Assembly (NCBI GenBank): GCA_026393905.1
Contig: JAPKZH010000290.1
Span: 1 to 43,055 of the forward strand
DNA length: 43,055 nt
Origin: Candidatus Aminicenantes bacterium
GTDB lineage: Bacteria; Acidobacteriota; Aminicenantia; Aminicenantales; UBA4085
Direction: 5' to 3'
Shown: positions 7,917-17,553 of the stretch, one piece after another
Layout of the letters: the number at the start of each line of letters is the position of its first letter
Numbering within the stretch: position 1 is the stretch's first letter
Made by a program: the position numbers and the translations under genes
The notes under the pieces: model-generated
The model's input: only the letters and a program-made list of their open reading frames with translations
Database searches by the model: none
Told to the model about the DNA's origin: nothing

Positions 7917-9362
7917 ATGCATAATAAGATATATCGTTGGGCGCTCATTCTTGCCTGTTCGGTACTCTTTTTCTGGAGCTGTTCGTCGGGCCCCAAGCCG
8001 GAAAAAGCTCCTCTGCAGCCTCCGCCGCAACAGGCTCCGGCGGAAATCCAGAAGCCCCCGGCGGCAACCATCGAAACTGAAAAGCCCACCGCCCAAAAAA
8101 CCATCATTCCTGCCGAAGAAAAAAAAGCGACGGACGAACAGGCCGCTCAACAGGAAAAGAACGCGATTTCCGATAAGGATGATGCCGCCTCCCTTTTAGA
8201 TGAGGCTCTCCTGACTTATCAGGAAGCTAAGCTCGCCCGGGAGCGCGGCGATTTGGATGCCGCCCTCAAAGAGCTCGACAAAGCCTACGGGATCATCCTC
8301 AGAGTCAACCTTCCCCCGGATTCTCCCCTGAACCAAGATAAGAATAACTTAAGGCTCATGATCGCCCAGAGAATCCAGGAGATCAGCGCCTCCAGCCGGA
8401 ACCCGATCAACGGCAACCACAAATCCATCCCGCTTGTTGAAAATAAATATGTCCTCCGAGAAATCGAATCGTTCCGGACGCGCGAACGGAAAGAATTCGA
8501 GGCCGCCTATCTGCGTTCAGGGCTTTACAGGGAGGTGATCGTAGAGGAGCTTAAAAAGGCCGGGCTGCCGGAAGAGCTCAGCTGGCTGCCCGTGATTGAA
8601 AGCTGGTATATGGTCAGGGCGCTCTCGAGGTCCAGGGCTTTAGGTCTATGGCAGTTTTTAGCCACGACCGGATACCGGTACGGCCTTATCCGGGATAAAT
8701 TCATCGATGAGCGGATGGACCCCTACAAGGCCACCCAAGCCGCGGTCAAATACCTGACCGAGCTCCATTCTTTTTTCGGCGAATGGACCACCGCCCTGGC
8801 CGCTTATAATTGCGGGGAGATCCGTGTCCAAAACGTCATCAATACCCAGCGCATCAATTACATGGACAACTTCTGGGACCTCTTTGAGAGGCTCCCCTAC
8901 GAGACATCGCGCTTCGTCCCCCGCTTCATCGCTGCGGTTCTCATCATCAATGATCCCGAAAAATACGGCTTCAACTTGCCAGCGCCTTATGCGCCGCTCA
9001 GGTTCGAAACCGTCGTTATCAACCACCCCACCAAGCTCGCTACGATCTCAGCCGCACTAGGGTTGGAAAGCTCGGAGCTCGAATATCTCAACCCCGAGCT
9101 CCGGTATGCCTCGACCCCGGACCGCGAATACCAGCTCCGGGTTCCTGTCGGCTGTGCCGATAAAGCCCTGCAGGCGGTCAACAACCTGCCAAAATTCATG
9201 CCGCCTGAATATGCCATCCATACCGTCCGCCCCGGAGAAACCCTCTCCGTGATAGCCCGGAAATATGGGACCTCGGTCCAGGCCATCGCCCAGCTCAACG
9301 GGCTCCAATATCCCTATTTGATAAAAGTGGGGATTCGCTTAAGACTTCCCGGCCGGGGCTGA
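7917..9362 (+). CDS. MltD-like lytic murein transglycosylase (SLT domain plus C-terminal LysM)
   Basis: I chose the ATG at 7917 (MHNKIYRWALILACSVLFFWSCSS, a signal or possible lipoprotein signal) rather than the track's TTG at 7872. The protein has a low-complexity P/A/E/K linker, an SLT core (ESWYMVRALSRSRALGLWQF...AYNCG), and a LysM domain (HTVRPGETLSVIARKYGTSVQAIAQLNGL). Confidence 0.8.
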   Translation: MHNKIYRWALILACSVLFFWSCSSGPKPEKAPLQPPPQQAPAEIQKPPAATIETEKPTAQKTIIPAEEKKATDEQAAQQEKNAISDKDDAASLLDEALLTYQEAKLARERGDLDAALKELDKAYGIILRVNLPPDSPLNQDKNNLRLMIAQRIQEISASSRNPINGNHKSIPLVENKYVLREIESFRTRERKEFEAAYLRSGLYREVIVEELKKAGLPEELSWLPVIESWYMVRALSRSRALGLWQFLATTGYRYGLIRDKFIDERMDPYKATQAAVKYLTELHSFFGEWTTALAAYNCGEIRVQNVINTQRINYMDNFWDLFERLPYETSRFVPRFIAAVLIINDPEKYGFNLPAPYAPLRFETVVINHPTKLATISAALGLESSELEYLNPELRYASTPDREYQLRVPVGCADKALQAVNNLPKFMPPEYAIHTVRPGETLSVIARKYGTSVQAIAQLNGLQYPYLIKVGIRLRLPGRG

Positions 9363-9524
9363 GCGCCGGAATTTACTAATTTCAGAAAATCTTATCCTCG
9401 CCGAGCCTGTCTTTTAGGCGGATGAAGAAAAAGACGTTTTTGATGAGAGGACTTGCCAGAATCCTCTTGCCACTTTGACAATGCTTTCCGGCTTTGTTAG
9501 AAGCAAATATCGGCGTCAGATCTT

Positions 9525-10817
9525 CTAGGCAAATTTCAAGACCGATTGATAGCCCGGTATATCCAGAAATCCATGGCCGCTGATGTTGAAGGCGATCACC
9601 TTCTTCTCGCCGGATTCCCGGCATTTTTTCGCTTCTTCTACGGCGCAGCAAACAGAATAGGCCGATTCGGGCGCCGGCAGCCAGCCCTCCGTCTCCATAA
9701 ATAACTTAGCCTGTTCGAACACATATTTTTCATCAGCCGGATAAGCGATTGTGTCAATATAGCCTTTGGCGCGGAGAAGGCTGATGATCGGCGAACAGCC
9801 ATGGTAACGCAATCCATCCCCCTTAATCGGCTTCATATCCGTTTTATGTCCCAACGTGTACATTTTCAGCAGCGGAGTGATCTCCGCGTAGTCGGCAAAA
9901 TCATATTCATAGCGGCCTTGAAGGTTGGGCGCAACCTGGCTCTGGGCAGCGATGAATTTAATCTTTTTCCCTTTTTTCAGGACGTCGCCGACAAAGGGCA
10001 AAGCAAAGCCGCCGAAGTTGGAGCCGCCGCCGATGCAGGAGATGACGATATCCGGGTAATCATTGAAAATCTCAAACTGCTTTTGTGTCTCAAGCCCGAT
10101 GATTGTCTGGTGCAACAAGACATGATTTAAGACGGAGCCAAGGCTGTAGGTCGCCTTTGGGTCTTTCTGAGAATCTTCCAGGCCTTCGGATATGGCAATG
10201 CCGAGAGAGCCGACATGCTCGGGGTTTTTTTCATACAAGGATCTGCCGAATTCGGTCATCGGACTCGGCGAAGCAAAAACCTCCGCTCCTAAAAGCTTCA
10301 TAAAATCCAAACGGTCTTTTTTCCAATTGTAGACGCTGCGCACCCAGAACACCGTGCACTTCAATCCCGTGACGGCCGCGGCGTAAGAGAGAGCGGTTCC
10401 CCATTGTCCGGCCCCTGTTTCGGTCGTCACCCTCTCGAACTTTTGCTGTTTTGCGTACCAGCATTGGGCCAGGGCCGTATTGACTTTATGACTTCCGGTC
10501 GGGCTAAAAAATTCGCTCTTATAATAAAGCCGGGCGGGCGTATCGAGCCTTTTTTCGAGATTTGTGGCTCGAAAGAGCGGCCTCGGTCGGCCGGCCTTGG
10601 CAAATAAGTCCATGATTCCGCCCGGGATATCGATCCAATTTTCGTTGGAGAATTCCTGCTTGAGGCATTCTCCGATCATCAGATTGGGAAGGTTTTGGAT
10701 TCTTGAAGGCCCTTCTTTGGGATCCAGCGGGGGCGGCAGCGGCTCGGGTAGATCCGGCAAAATGTTGTACCACCGATCGGGCAGATCATCGAGTTTTAGG
10801 TTGACCACTGTTTTCAT
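9525..10817 (-). CDS. trpB2: tryptophan synthase beta-chain-like PLP enzyme, TrpB2 type, stand-alone
   Basis: 430 aa. The PLP-lysine motif is TGSHKVNTA. The length and N-terminal extension are typical of TrpB2 rather than TrpB1. There are no other trp genes in the window. Confidence 0.8.
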   Translation of the reverse strand: MKTVVNLKLDDLPDRWYNILPDLPEPLPPPLDPKEGPSRIQNLPNLMIGECLKQEFSNENWIDIPGGIMDLFAKAGRPRPLFRATNLEKRLDTPARLYYKSEFFSPTGSHKVNTALAQCWYAKQQKFERVTTETGAGQWGTALSYAAAVTGLKCTVFWVRSVYNWKKDRLDFMKLLGAEVFASPSPMTEFGRSLYEKNPEHVGSLGIAISEGLEDSQKDPKATYSLGSVLNHVLLHQTIIGLETQKQFEIFNDYPDIVISCIGGGSNFGGFALPFVGDVLKKGKKIKFIAAQSQVAPNLQGRYEYDFADYAEITPLLKMYTLGHKTDMKPIKGDGLRYHGCSPIISLLRAKGYIDTIAYPADEKYVFEQAKLFMETEGWLPAPESAYSVCCAVEEAKKCRESGEKKVIAFNISGHGFLDIPGYQSVLKFA

Positions 10818-10904
10818 ATGTTACCCCTCTGTGTCGTGTAATTTTTTGTAAACTCAAAGAAAAGCAAAATAACTATTTAGTCTTATTTGTCTTACTATTT
10901 TGTC

Positions 10905-10932
10905 ATTATATTCAATTTCTAGGCCGTGTCAA
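10905..10932 (-). promoter_or_regulatory. near-consensus sigma-70 promoter for trpB2
   Basis: On the minus strand, TTGACA (10932-10927), a 16-nt spacer, then TATAAT (10910-10905). It lies in an AT-rich patch. The leader is about 80 nt and ends in a GAGGGG SD before the ATG at 10817. Confidence 0.6.
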
Positions 10933-11226
10933 TGAATCCTTACCGCTCTTCCTGGATGGGATGTCAAGGAAGTCAATTTGGAGGGGGCGATTCCCCCTCG
11001 GAACCCCCTCGAGCGGTTCTTCGTGGCAAGCTACGGTGCAGATTCGCTGCTCGTCAAAATTCAAAGGAAAAAGAAGAATCAGTCGCATGGCCTTCGGATG
11101 AAATACTTTTGAGTGAATACACGCTGTCGAACCGACACCAGCCGTTGACGCAGTCCCCCAGGGAGAAAGAACGGGCCGCGAGCCACCGGTGTCTGAGAAT
11201 TCCGGGGCCGGGATGAGATCCGGAAG

Positions 11227-11388
11227 TTACTGAATCGTAAACTCTCTCGAGGCCAAAAGCCGATCATCCATGAAGACGGCGACTATCCAGGTTCCGTTCT
11301 CTTTTTCCTCGAACAGGTAGATCTGGTCCCAGGCGATGTAAGCGGAAAACACTAGGCCTTGTTTGCCGATCGTGATCGAGTCAGTCAT
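11227..11388 (-). CDS. possible 53-aa hypothetical protein (below the ORF-track cutoff)
   Basis: My translation is MTDSITIGKQGLVFSAYIAWDQIYLFEEKENGTWIVAVFMDDRLLASREFTIQ*. The composition is balanced, but there is no SD and it starts only 15 nt after a terminator. Confidence 0.25.
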   Translation of the reverse strand: MTDSITIGKQGLVFSAYIAWDQIYLFEEKENGTWIVAVFMDDRLLASREFTIQ

Positions 11389-11402
11389 AGGGGTATGCCG
11401 CG

Positions 11403-11424
11403 AAAAAGCCCGTCTTCGGACGGA
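11403..11424 (-). terminator. intrinsic terminator after rplQ (end of the alpha operon)
   Basis: The minus-strand RNA reads UCCGUC-CGAA-GACGGG-C-UUUUU. This is a 6-bp stem including one G:U pair, a tetraloop, and a U5 tract, about 40 nt after the rplQ stop. Confidence 0.55.
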
Positions 11425-11464
11425 GCGGGCACGGATAAGAAAAACGACTGCGATTCCCTTGCCG

Positions 11465-11872
11465 CTATTTCTTTGTCTCTTTTTCTTTCTTCTTCTTTTT
11501 TTCTTTCTTCTTGTACTCGGAGCCGATGAGCTCGAACAAGGCCATCTGGGCGCCGTCGCCCATCCGGGGCCCGAGCTTGACGATTCGAGTGTAGCCGCCG
11601 GGGCGCTCGCTAAAACGGGGACCGATCACTTCAAACAGCTTTTTGACGGCCGTTTCCTTGGTCAGGACTCGGAGGGCCTGGCGCTTCGTATGCAGGGTGT
11701 TCTTCTTGGCCAGGGTGATCATTTTTTCGGCCAGGGGCCGGGCTTCCTTAGCCTTGGCCAGAGTGGTCTTCAGCCGCTCCTTTTCCATAAACGAAGTGAC
11801 GAGATTGCGGAGGAGCGCTTTTCGGTGGGAGGTCGTCCGTCTGAGTTTTCTGCCTTTAACGAGGTGCCTCAT
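11465..11872 (-). CDS. rplQ: 50S ribosomal protein L17
   Basis: 135 aa, starting MRHLVKGRKLRRTTSHRKALLRNL. It follows rpoA and has a Lys/Glu-rich C-terminal tail. Confidence 0.97.
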   Translation of the reverse strand: MRHLVKGRKLRRTTSHRKALLRNLVTSFMEKERLKTTLAKAKEARPLAEKMITLAKKNTLHTKRQALRVLTKETAVKKLFEVIGPRFSERPGGYTRIVKLGPRMGDGAQMALFELIGSEYKKKEKKKKKEKETKK

Positions 11873-12897
11873 ACATCCAACTCCTTCTCTTTTTCATCCT
11901 TCATCTCGCCCTTCATCTTTTCCAGAAGCTTCGGATGGAGATCCAGGTTCAGGCCCAGGCCCAGGTTGGAGAGGGTCTCTTTGATTTCGCTCAAGGATTT
12001 CCGGCCGAAATTCTTGGTCTTGAGCAGCTCTTCTTCGGTCTTCTGGACCAGCTCGTAGATCTTCTCGATGCCCGCCGACCGGAGGCAGTTGTTCGACCGG
12101 ACCGAGAGCTCTAGGTGCTCGATCGGCTTGGACAGAATATCGACTTGGGTCATATACGGGATTTCCCGCTTGGTGATCACCTGTTCTTTTTCGGCGGGCT
12201 CGTCGACGATATTCAGGAAGATGACCATGTGGTCTCTCATGATCTTGGCCGCCTGGGCCATGGCCTCGATAGGCTGGATGGCGCCCGTGGTCCAGATCTC
12301 CAGAGTCAGGTTCTCATACTCGATGCGCTTCCCGACGCGGGCCGGCTCGACGCGATAGTTGACCTTTTTGACCGGGGAGTGCGAAGAGTCCAGCGGGATG
12401 AAATCGATGCTCAATTTTTCGTCGAAATTTTGGTCGGCCGGGATGTAGCCCCGGTTGTTCTCCACGATCATCTCGATGTCGAGCTTCCCGTCCTTGTCCA
12501 GGGAGGCAATGTGAATGTCCTTTTCCAGGATCTCGATATCGGCATCGTGAACGATGTCGGAAGCTTTAGCCTCGGCAGGCCCTTCCTTCTTCAGGGTCAT
12601 CGTCTTCGGCAGGCTGCCGCTGAGCTTCAAGGGAATGCTCTTCAGGTTGAGCAGGACGTCCGTCACGTCCTCGACGATGCCGGGGACGGTTGAAAACTCA
12701 TGGAGCACGCCCTGGATCCGGACGGCGGTGACGGCCGCGCCCTTGACCGAAGACAGCAGAATCCTGCGCAGGGCGTTGCCGACCGTGACGCCGAAGCCGC
12801 GCTCAAAGGGCTGAGCCGTAAAGCGGCCGTAGGTATTGGTCAATGTCTCATAATCGCACTCGAGATATTTGGGTCTCTGAAAACCTATATCTGTCAT
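11869..12897 (-). CDS. rpoA: DNA-directed RNA polymerase subunit alpha
   Basis: 342 aa with an N-terminal domain plus a C-terminal domain helix-hairpin-helix (LSVRSNNCLRSAGIEKIYELV). It sits at the expected alpha-operon position. Confidence 0.97.
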   Translation of the reverse strand: MTDIGFQRPKYLECDYETLTNTYGRFTAQPFERGFGVTVGNALRRILLSSVKGAAVTAVRIQGVLHEFSTVPGIVEDVTDVLLNLKSIPLKLSGSLPKTMTLKKEGPAEAKASDIVHDADIEILEKDIHIASLDKDGKLDIEMIVENNRGYIPADQNFDEKLSIDFIPLDSSHSPVKKVNYRVEPARVGKRIEYENLTLEIWTTGAIQPIEAMAQAAKIMRDHMVIFLNIVDEPAEKEQVITKREIPYMTQVDILSKPIEHLELSVRSNNCLRSAGIEKIYELVQKTEEELLKTKNFGRKSLSEIKETLSNLGLGLNLDLHPKLLEKMKGEMKDEKEKELDV

Positions 12898-12936
12898 CGT
12901 TCCTCCTTTTGAGGATTCAAAAATAGTTTACATACT

Positions 12937-13566
12937 TTATTTAGAATAGAGCTCGACGACCATATGCTCTTCGACGGGGAGCTGGATATCCTGCCGCGTC
13001 GGGAGAGACACAATCCGAGCCTGTTTGCCGTCCCAGTCGACTTCCAGCCAGCCCGGCAAGGTCTTGTTCTTGTGCGCTTCCAGCAGGACCTTGAACTCGT
13101 CCGACTTGGCCGAACGCTCCCTGAGGCCGACCGCGTCCCCGGCCTTGACTTGAAACGACGGCACGGACACCTTGACTTCATTGACATAAAAATGGCCGTG
13201 GTTGATCAGCAGCCGGGCATGGGCCCGTGAATGCGAGAAGCCAGCCAGAAAAACGACATTGTCCAGCCGCCGTTCGAGCATGATCAGCAGCGTTTCGCCC
13301 GTGATGCCCTTCTGGCGCTCGGCCCTCTCGAAAAAGAGGTGGAACTGCTTCTCGGACATCCCGTAGTAGCGTTTCAGCTTCTGTTTCTCGCGGAGCTGAA
13401 TCCCGTAGCCCAGGATCCTTCTCCGGCCCCGGCCGTGCTGGCCCGGCGCATACGCCCTTCGTTCGACAGGGCACTTATCGGTGAGGCATTTGTTGCCCTT
13501 GAGAAAGAGCTTGGCTTTTTCCACCCGGCACAGCCGGCAGATGGGTTCTCTGTATCTCGACATCAT
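12937..13566 (-). CDS. rpsD: 30S ribosomal protein S4
   Basis: 209 aa, starting SRYREPICRLCRVEKAKLFLKGNKCLTDKC, which is a Cys4 N-terminus, followed by an S4 domain. Confidence 0.97.
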   Translation of the reverse strand: MMSRYREPICRLCRVEKAKLFLKGNKCLTDKCPVERRAYAPGQHGRGRRRILGYGIQLREKQKLKRYYGMSEKQFHLFFERAERQKGITGETLLIMLERRLDNVVFLAGFSHSRAHARLLINHGHFYVNEVKVSVPSFQVKAGDAVGLRERSAKSDEFKVLLEAHKNKTLPGWLEVDWDGKQARIVSLPTRQDIQLPVEEHMVVELYSK

Positions 13567-13573
13567 TCACTCC

Positions 13574-13972
13574 TTAGACCCGCCGGCGCCGACAGACCCG
13601 ACATCCGTTATGAGGGATCGGCGTCACGTCTTTGATGGATTTGATTTCCAGGCCGGCCGCCTGGAGGGCCCGGATGGCCGACTCCCGCCCCGCGCCCGGC
13701 CCTTTAATCCTAACATCCACATACCGGACTCCGAACTCCCGGGCTTTCGTCGCGGCATCCTTGGCCGCCAGCTGGGCGGCGAACGGCGTGCCCTTGCGGG
13801 CGCCTTTAAAGCCGGCCGTGCCGGAACTGGCCCAGACAAGGGTGCTCCCCAGATGGTCCGTGATGGTGATGATGGTGTTGTTGAACGTGGATTGGATATG
13901 GGCCACGCCGAAGCCGATTTCCTTCCTTGCCTTTTTTTTCTTTACTTTCGTCTTGGGCTTTGTTATCGCCAT
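13574..13972 (-). CDS. rpsK: 30S ribosomal protein S11
   Basis: 132 aa containing [18 protein letters not shown]. Confidence 0.97.
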   Translation of the reverse strand: MAITKPKTKVKKKKARKEIGFGVAHIQSTFNNTIITITDHLGSTLVWASSGTAGFKGARKGTPFAAQLAAKDAATKAREFGVRYVDVRIKGPGAGRESAIRALQAAGLEIKSIKDVTPIPHNGCRVCRRRRV

Positions 13973-13992
13973 GGAACGCTCCCTTCTTCTGT

Positions 13993-14367
13993 TTAGGTGG
14001 CCTTGATCTTCTTGATCGTATGCCCGCGGGGCCCTTTTCTCGTCCGGGCGTTGGTCTTGGTCCGCTGGCCGCGAACGGGCAGCCGCCGCTTATGGCGCAT
14101 GCCGCGGTAGCAGCCGATGTCGATCAGCCGCTTGATGTTCTGGCTGACTTCCTTGCGCAAATCGCCTTCGATCTTTTCCCGTTTTTCGATGATCTGGCGG
14201 ATCTTGTTGATCTCATCCTCGGACAGGGTCTTGACCTTCTTGTTTTTATCGATCTTGGCCTCTTCAAGAATTTTGTTCGATTTGGACCGGCCGATCCCGT
14301 AGATATAGGTCAATCCGATCTCGATTCTCTTTTCCGGGGGAAGAGTGACACCTGCGATTCTTGCCAT
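13993..14367 (-). CDS. rpsM: 30S ribosomal protein S13
   Basis: 124 aa, starting [26 protein letters not shown]. Confidence 0.97.
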   Translation of the reverse strand: MARIAGVTLPPEKRIEIGLTYIYGIGRSKSNKILEEAKIDKNKKVKTLSEDEINKIRQIIEKREKIEGDLRKEVSQNIKRLIDIGCYRGMRHKRRLPVRGQRTKTNARTRKGPRGHTIKKIKAT

Positions 14368-14378
14368 GTTGACCTCGT

Positions 14379-14492
14379 TTAGCCTTGTTTTTGTTTATGC
14401 CGGGGGTTGGTGCAGATCACCCGAACGATCCCCTTGCGTCTGATGATCTTGCAGTTCCTGCAGATTTTTTTGACCGATGCTCTCACTTTCAT
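14379..14492 (-). CDS. rpmJ: 50S ribosomal protein L36
   Basis: This ORF is under 60 aa and so is absent from the ORF track. My translation is [37 protein letters not shown] (37 aa, zinc type). It lies between infA and rpsM. Confidence 0.93.
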   Translation of the reverse strand: MKVRASVKKICRNCKIIRRKGIVRVICTNPRHKQKQG

Positions 14493-14504
14493 GAGTGTCG
14501 TCCT

Positions 14505-14723
14505 TTATTTGAATCGATAGGTGATTCTTCCCTTGGTCAGATCATACGGCGAAATCTCGACGAGAACCTTGTCGCCGGGAAGAATCCGGATAAAATGCTT
14601 TCTCATTTTGCCCGAAATGTGGGCCAGGATGACGTGCTTGTTGGCCAACTCCACCCGGAACATGGCATTGGGCAGGGTCTCGAGCACGGTGCCCTCGGCC
14701 TCAAACACATCCTCTTTAGGCAT
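14505..14723 (-). CDS. infA: translation initiation factor IF-1
   Basis: 72 aa: [26 protein letters not shown]...RITYRFK. Confidence 0.97.
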   Translation of the reverse strand: MPKEDVFEAEGTVLETLPNAMFRVELANKHVILAHISGKMRKHFIRILPGDKVLVEISPYDLTKGRITYRFK

Positions 14724-15510
14724 AGCGCTGCTCCTTTATCAAATCGGCGCCGGGGGCTTTCCCTCCGGCCTGGCTCAGGATCTCCACGCCGCTTTCGGTC
14801 AGGGCGACCGTTTCCTCGAAATGGGCGGCCAGGCTGCGGTCCTTGGTGACGGCCGTCCAGCCGTCCGACTGGACCTCCACATCCCAGTCCCCGGCGGCGA
14901 TCATCGGCTCGATGGCCAGGACCAGTCCCTTTCGGATCTTCGGCCCGCGGCCGGGGAAACCGAAATTGGGGACCTGGGGCTCCTCATGGAGGGAATGCCC
15001 GATGCCGTGGCCGACGAACTGACGGATCACGGAGAATCCCTGGGCTTCCACGTACTGCTGGATCGCGGCGGAGATATCGGAAACCCGTTTTCCCTCCGTC
15101 ATGTTTTCCGCGCCTTTATAAAACGCCTGTTCCGCGGCGGCGATGAGTCTTTGGGCCAGCGGCGAGACCGTCCCGACGGGAAAGGTCCGGGCGGCATCCC
15201 CGTAAAATCCATTGTAAAGAACGCCGAAGTCGAGGCTGACGATGTCCCCTTCCCGAAGCGTCCGCGCCGAAGGAATGCCGTGGATGATTTCTTCGTTGAT
15301 CGAGATGCACAGCGAGGCCGGATAGCCGCGGTAGCCTTTGAAGGCCGGCTTGGCCCTGAACTCCCGGGCCCTCTGCTCGGCGCACTCATCCAGCTCGCTC
15401 GTCCGGAGGCCGGGCTTGATCATGGCCCGGAGCTCGGCCAGGACCTTCGCCACGATCTCTGAGCTCTCTCGCATCGCCCGAATCTCCTCTGCCGTCTTGT
15501 AGATGATCAT
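14716..15510 (-). CDS. map: type I methionine aminopeptidase
   Basis: 264 aa with metal-ligand motifs ([23 protein letters not shown]). It follows adk. Confidence 0.95.
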   Translation of the reverse strand: MIIYKTAEEIRAMRESSEIVAKVLAELRAMIKPGLRTSELDECAEQRAREFRAKPAFKGYRGYPASLCISINEEIIHGIPSARTLREGDIVSLDFGVLYNGFYGDAARTFPVGTVSPLAQRLIAAAEQAFYKGAENMTEGKRVSDISAAIQQYVEAQGFSVIRQFVGHGIGHSLHEEPQVPNFGFPGRGPKIRKGLVLAIEPMIAAGDWDVEVQSDGWTAVTKDRSLAAHFEETVALTESGVEILSQAGGKAPGADLIKEQRYA

Positions 15511-16178
15511 GGACGGACCCGGTTCTCCTCAAGCTTGGCCAATTCCGCGGCTAAAACGCCCGCCATCCTCTGAAAGATCGCCTTCACCGTGCCCTCGCCG
15601 TTCACCGGCCTGTAGACACTTTTCTTTTGATAATATCGGATGAGTTTTTCCGTCTGGTCCTGATAAACCTTGATCCGCTCCCGGATGACCTCAGGCTTGT
15701 CGTCATCCCGCTGAATGAGATCGGAACGGCAGGCATCACAGCGGCCTTTGTCCTTGGGCGCCTGGACATTCATGTTGTAGACGGCCTGGCATTCCGGGCA
15801 GACCCACCTCCGGCTGAGACGTTTGACCAGAATCGGGGTGGGGACTTCGATGCCGATCACGACTTCGGGCCGCTTTCCGTCCATCTTCTCCAGGGCATGG
15901 GCCTGGGCAAGATTCCGAGGGAAGCCGTCCAAGATATAGCCGCTGCGGCAGTCGGGGCTCGAAATTCTCTCCCTGACAAGCCCCTCGACGATCTCGTCGC
16001 TGACGAGGAGTCCCTGCTTCATCAGGGCCTCGGCCGCTTTCCCGAGCGCCGTCCGCTGCTGAACGGCCAGTCGGAGCAGGTCCCCTGTCGAAATCCTGGG
16101 GAAGCCAAATCTCTTCGCGACGAGGTCCCCCTGGGTTCCCTTTCCGCTGCCGGGCGCGCCGAGGAGAATCGTCCTCAT
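15507..16178 (-). CDS. adk: adenylate kinase with Cys4 zinc lid
   Basis: 223 aa. It has a P-loop GAPGSGKGTQ and a lid CPEC...CDAC. Confidence 0.96.
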   Translation of the reverse strand: MRTILLGAPGSGKGTQGDLVAKRFGFPRISTGDLLRLAVQQRTALGKAAEALMKQGLLVSDEIVEGLVRERISSPDCRSGYILDGFPRNLAQAHALEKMDGKRPEVVIGIEVPTPILVKRLSRRWVCPECQAVYNMNVQAPKDKGRCDACRSDLIQRDDDKPEVIRERIKVYQDQTEKLIRYYQKKSVYRPVNGEGTVKAIFQRMAGVLAAELAKLEENRVRP

Positions 16179-17551
16179 CCCCGTCTCCCCTTGATCCGGC
16201 CGCGCCGCATGAAGCCGTCGTAGTGCCGCATGACAAGCTGCGCTTCAATCTGCTGCAGGGTGTCCATGGCTACGCCGACGACGATCAGGATCGATGTGCC
16301 GCCGAAATAGAATTGGACGTTCAAGCCCTGGGTGAACCATTTGGGCATGTTCGCCTCCAGGAAATTGCCGATAAAGGGCAGGGACTGGACCTTGAACCCT
16401 GTCGTCAGGAATTCCGGCAGGATGGCGATGGCCGCCAGGTAAACGGCGCCGACCAGGGTGATCCGGGAAAGGATCGAGTCAATTTGATCCGAAGTGTTTT
16501 TGCCCGGCCGGATGCCCGGGATAAATCCCCCGTATTTCCGGAGGTTGTCCGCCACATCCGTGGGATTGAATATGATCGATACATAGAAGTAGGTGAAAAA
16601 GATGATGGCGGCGATATATAAAAGGTTATAGAGCGGCATACCGACGCGGAAGGCGTTGGCGATGGTTTGGAACACCGGGATGTTGATCATCTGGGCGATC
16701 GTGGCCGGGATGGTGATAATGGAAGCGGCAAAGATAATCGGAATAACGCCGCCGGTGTTAACCCTCAAGGGAAGATGGGTGCTCTGGCCGCCGTAAACCT
16801 TGCGGCCGACCACCCTTTTGGCATACGACACCGGGATCCGCCTCTGACCTCGTTCGACGAAGACAATGAAAGCGATGACGACCAGCATCATGACGCCGAG
16901 GATGATGAGCTTGATGGGATCCCAGCTCCCCGTCCTCAGACCTTGAACAACGCTGTTCAGGCCGGCCGGAAACCGGGCGACGATCCCGGCGAAGATGATC
17001 AGAGAGATCCCGTTGCCGATGCCGCGCTCCGAGATTTGTTCACCCAGCCACATGACAAAGATGGTGCCTGTCGTAAGAGTCAAAACCGTGAGCAGTATGA
17101 ATCCTATCCCCGGATTTGTAACGATTTTAATACCGCCCGGGCTGCTTTTGAGGAAAAGAGCGATGGCCCAAGCCTGGATGAGGCAAATCAGGATCGTCCC
17201 ATACCGCGTATATTGGGTGATCTTTTTCCGGCCGAGCTCCCCTTCCTTGGAAAGCCGTTCCAGATAAGGCCAGACGACCTGAAGCAGCTGGAGGATGATC
17301 GAGGAGCTGATATAAGGCATGATGCCTAGGGCGAAGATCGTCATCTTCGACATGTATTGGCCGGAGAACAGATCGACCATTCCCAGGACCGTGTTTTTAG
17401 ACCTGGCCCATAGCTCTGCCAGGGCCGTGGCATCGATGCCGGGATTGGGGATCTGGCCGCCGGCCCGGTAGACGGCCAGCAGGAGAAGGGTAAAGATCAC
17501 CCGTCTTCGAAGCTCAGGGATGCTGAAAATGTTGCGGATGCTGTCTAACAT
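16175..17551 (-). CDS. secY: preprotein translocase subunit SecY
   Basis: 458 aa polytopic membrane protein at the canonical position between rplO and adk. Confidence 0.96.
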   Translation of the reverse strand: MLDSIRNIFSIPELRRRVIFTLLLLAVYRAGGQIPNPGIDATALAELWARSKNTVLGMVDLFSGQYMSKMTIFALGIMPYISSSIILQLLQVVWPYLERLSKEGELGRKKITQYTRYGTILICLIQAWAIALFLKSSPGGIKIVTNPGIGFILLTVLTLTTGTIFVMWLGEQISERGIGNGISLIIFAGIVARFPAGLNSVVQGLRTGSWDPIKLIILGVMMLVVIAFIVFVERGQRRIPVSYAKRVVGRKVYGGQSTHLPLRVNTGGVIPIIFAASIITIPATIAQMINIPVFQTIANAFRVGMPLYNLLYIAAIIFFTYFYVSIIFNPTDVADNLRKYGGFIPGIRPGKNTSDQIDSILSRITLVGAVYLAAIAILPEFLTTGFKVQSLPFIGNFLEANMPKWFTQGLNVQFYFGGTSILIVVGVAMDTLQQIEAQLVMRHYDGFMRRGRIKGRRG

Positions 17552-17553
17552 TT

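Noticed and set aside
10942-11017. 76-nt stem-loop cluster with a 7-bp outer helix that looked tRNA-sized.
   Set aside because: On neither strand can D, anticodon and T arms be placed. There is no T-loop (TTCGAAT-like) abutting the acceptor strand, the loop sizes are wrong, and 11 unpaired nt precede the 3' acceptor strand.
10926-11216. 96-aa plus-strand ORF and 62-aa minus-strand ORF (11079-11267) in the trpB2-rplQ spacer.
   Set aside because: They have low-complexity, Arg/Ser/Pro/Gly-rich translations, no SD and no recognisable motifs. The plus-strand ORF starts inside the trpB2 -35 box.
11181-11240. A CTGAGA box followed by GATGAGATCCGG, reminiscent of a TPP riboswitch.
   Set aside because: The conserved ACCUGAUCUGGAUAAUGCCAGCG-type 3' half and the P1 pairing are absent. 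No downstream plus-strand gene exists for it to regulate.
11363-12058. 231-aa plus-strand ORF with a very hydrophobic FLCLFFFLLLFFFLLVL segment that looked like a membrane protein.
   Set aside because: It is antisense to rplQ and rpoA. The Phe/Leu run is simply the reverse complement of the Lys/Glu-rich (AAG/GAA) tail of L17.
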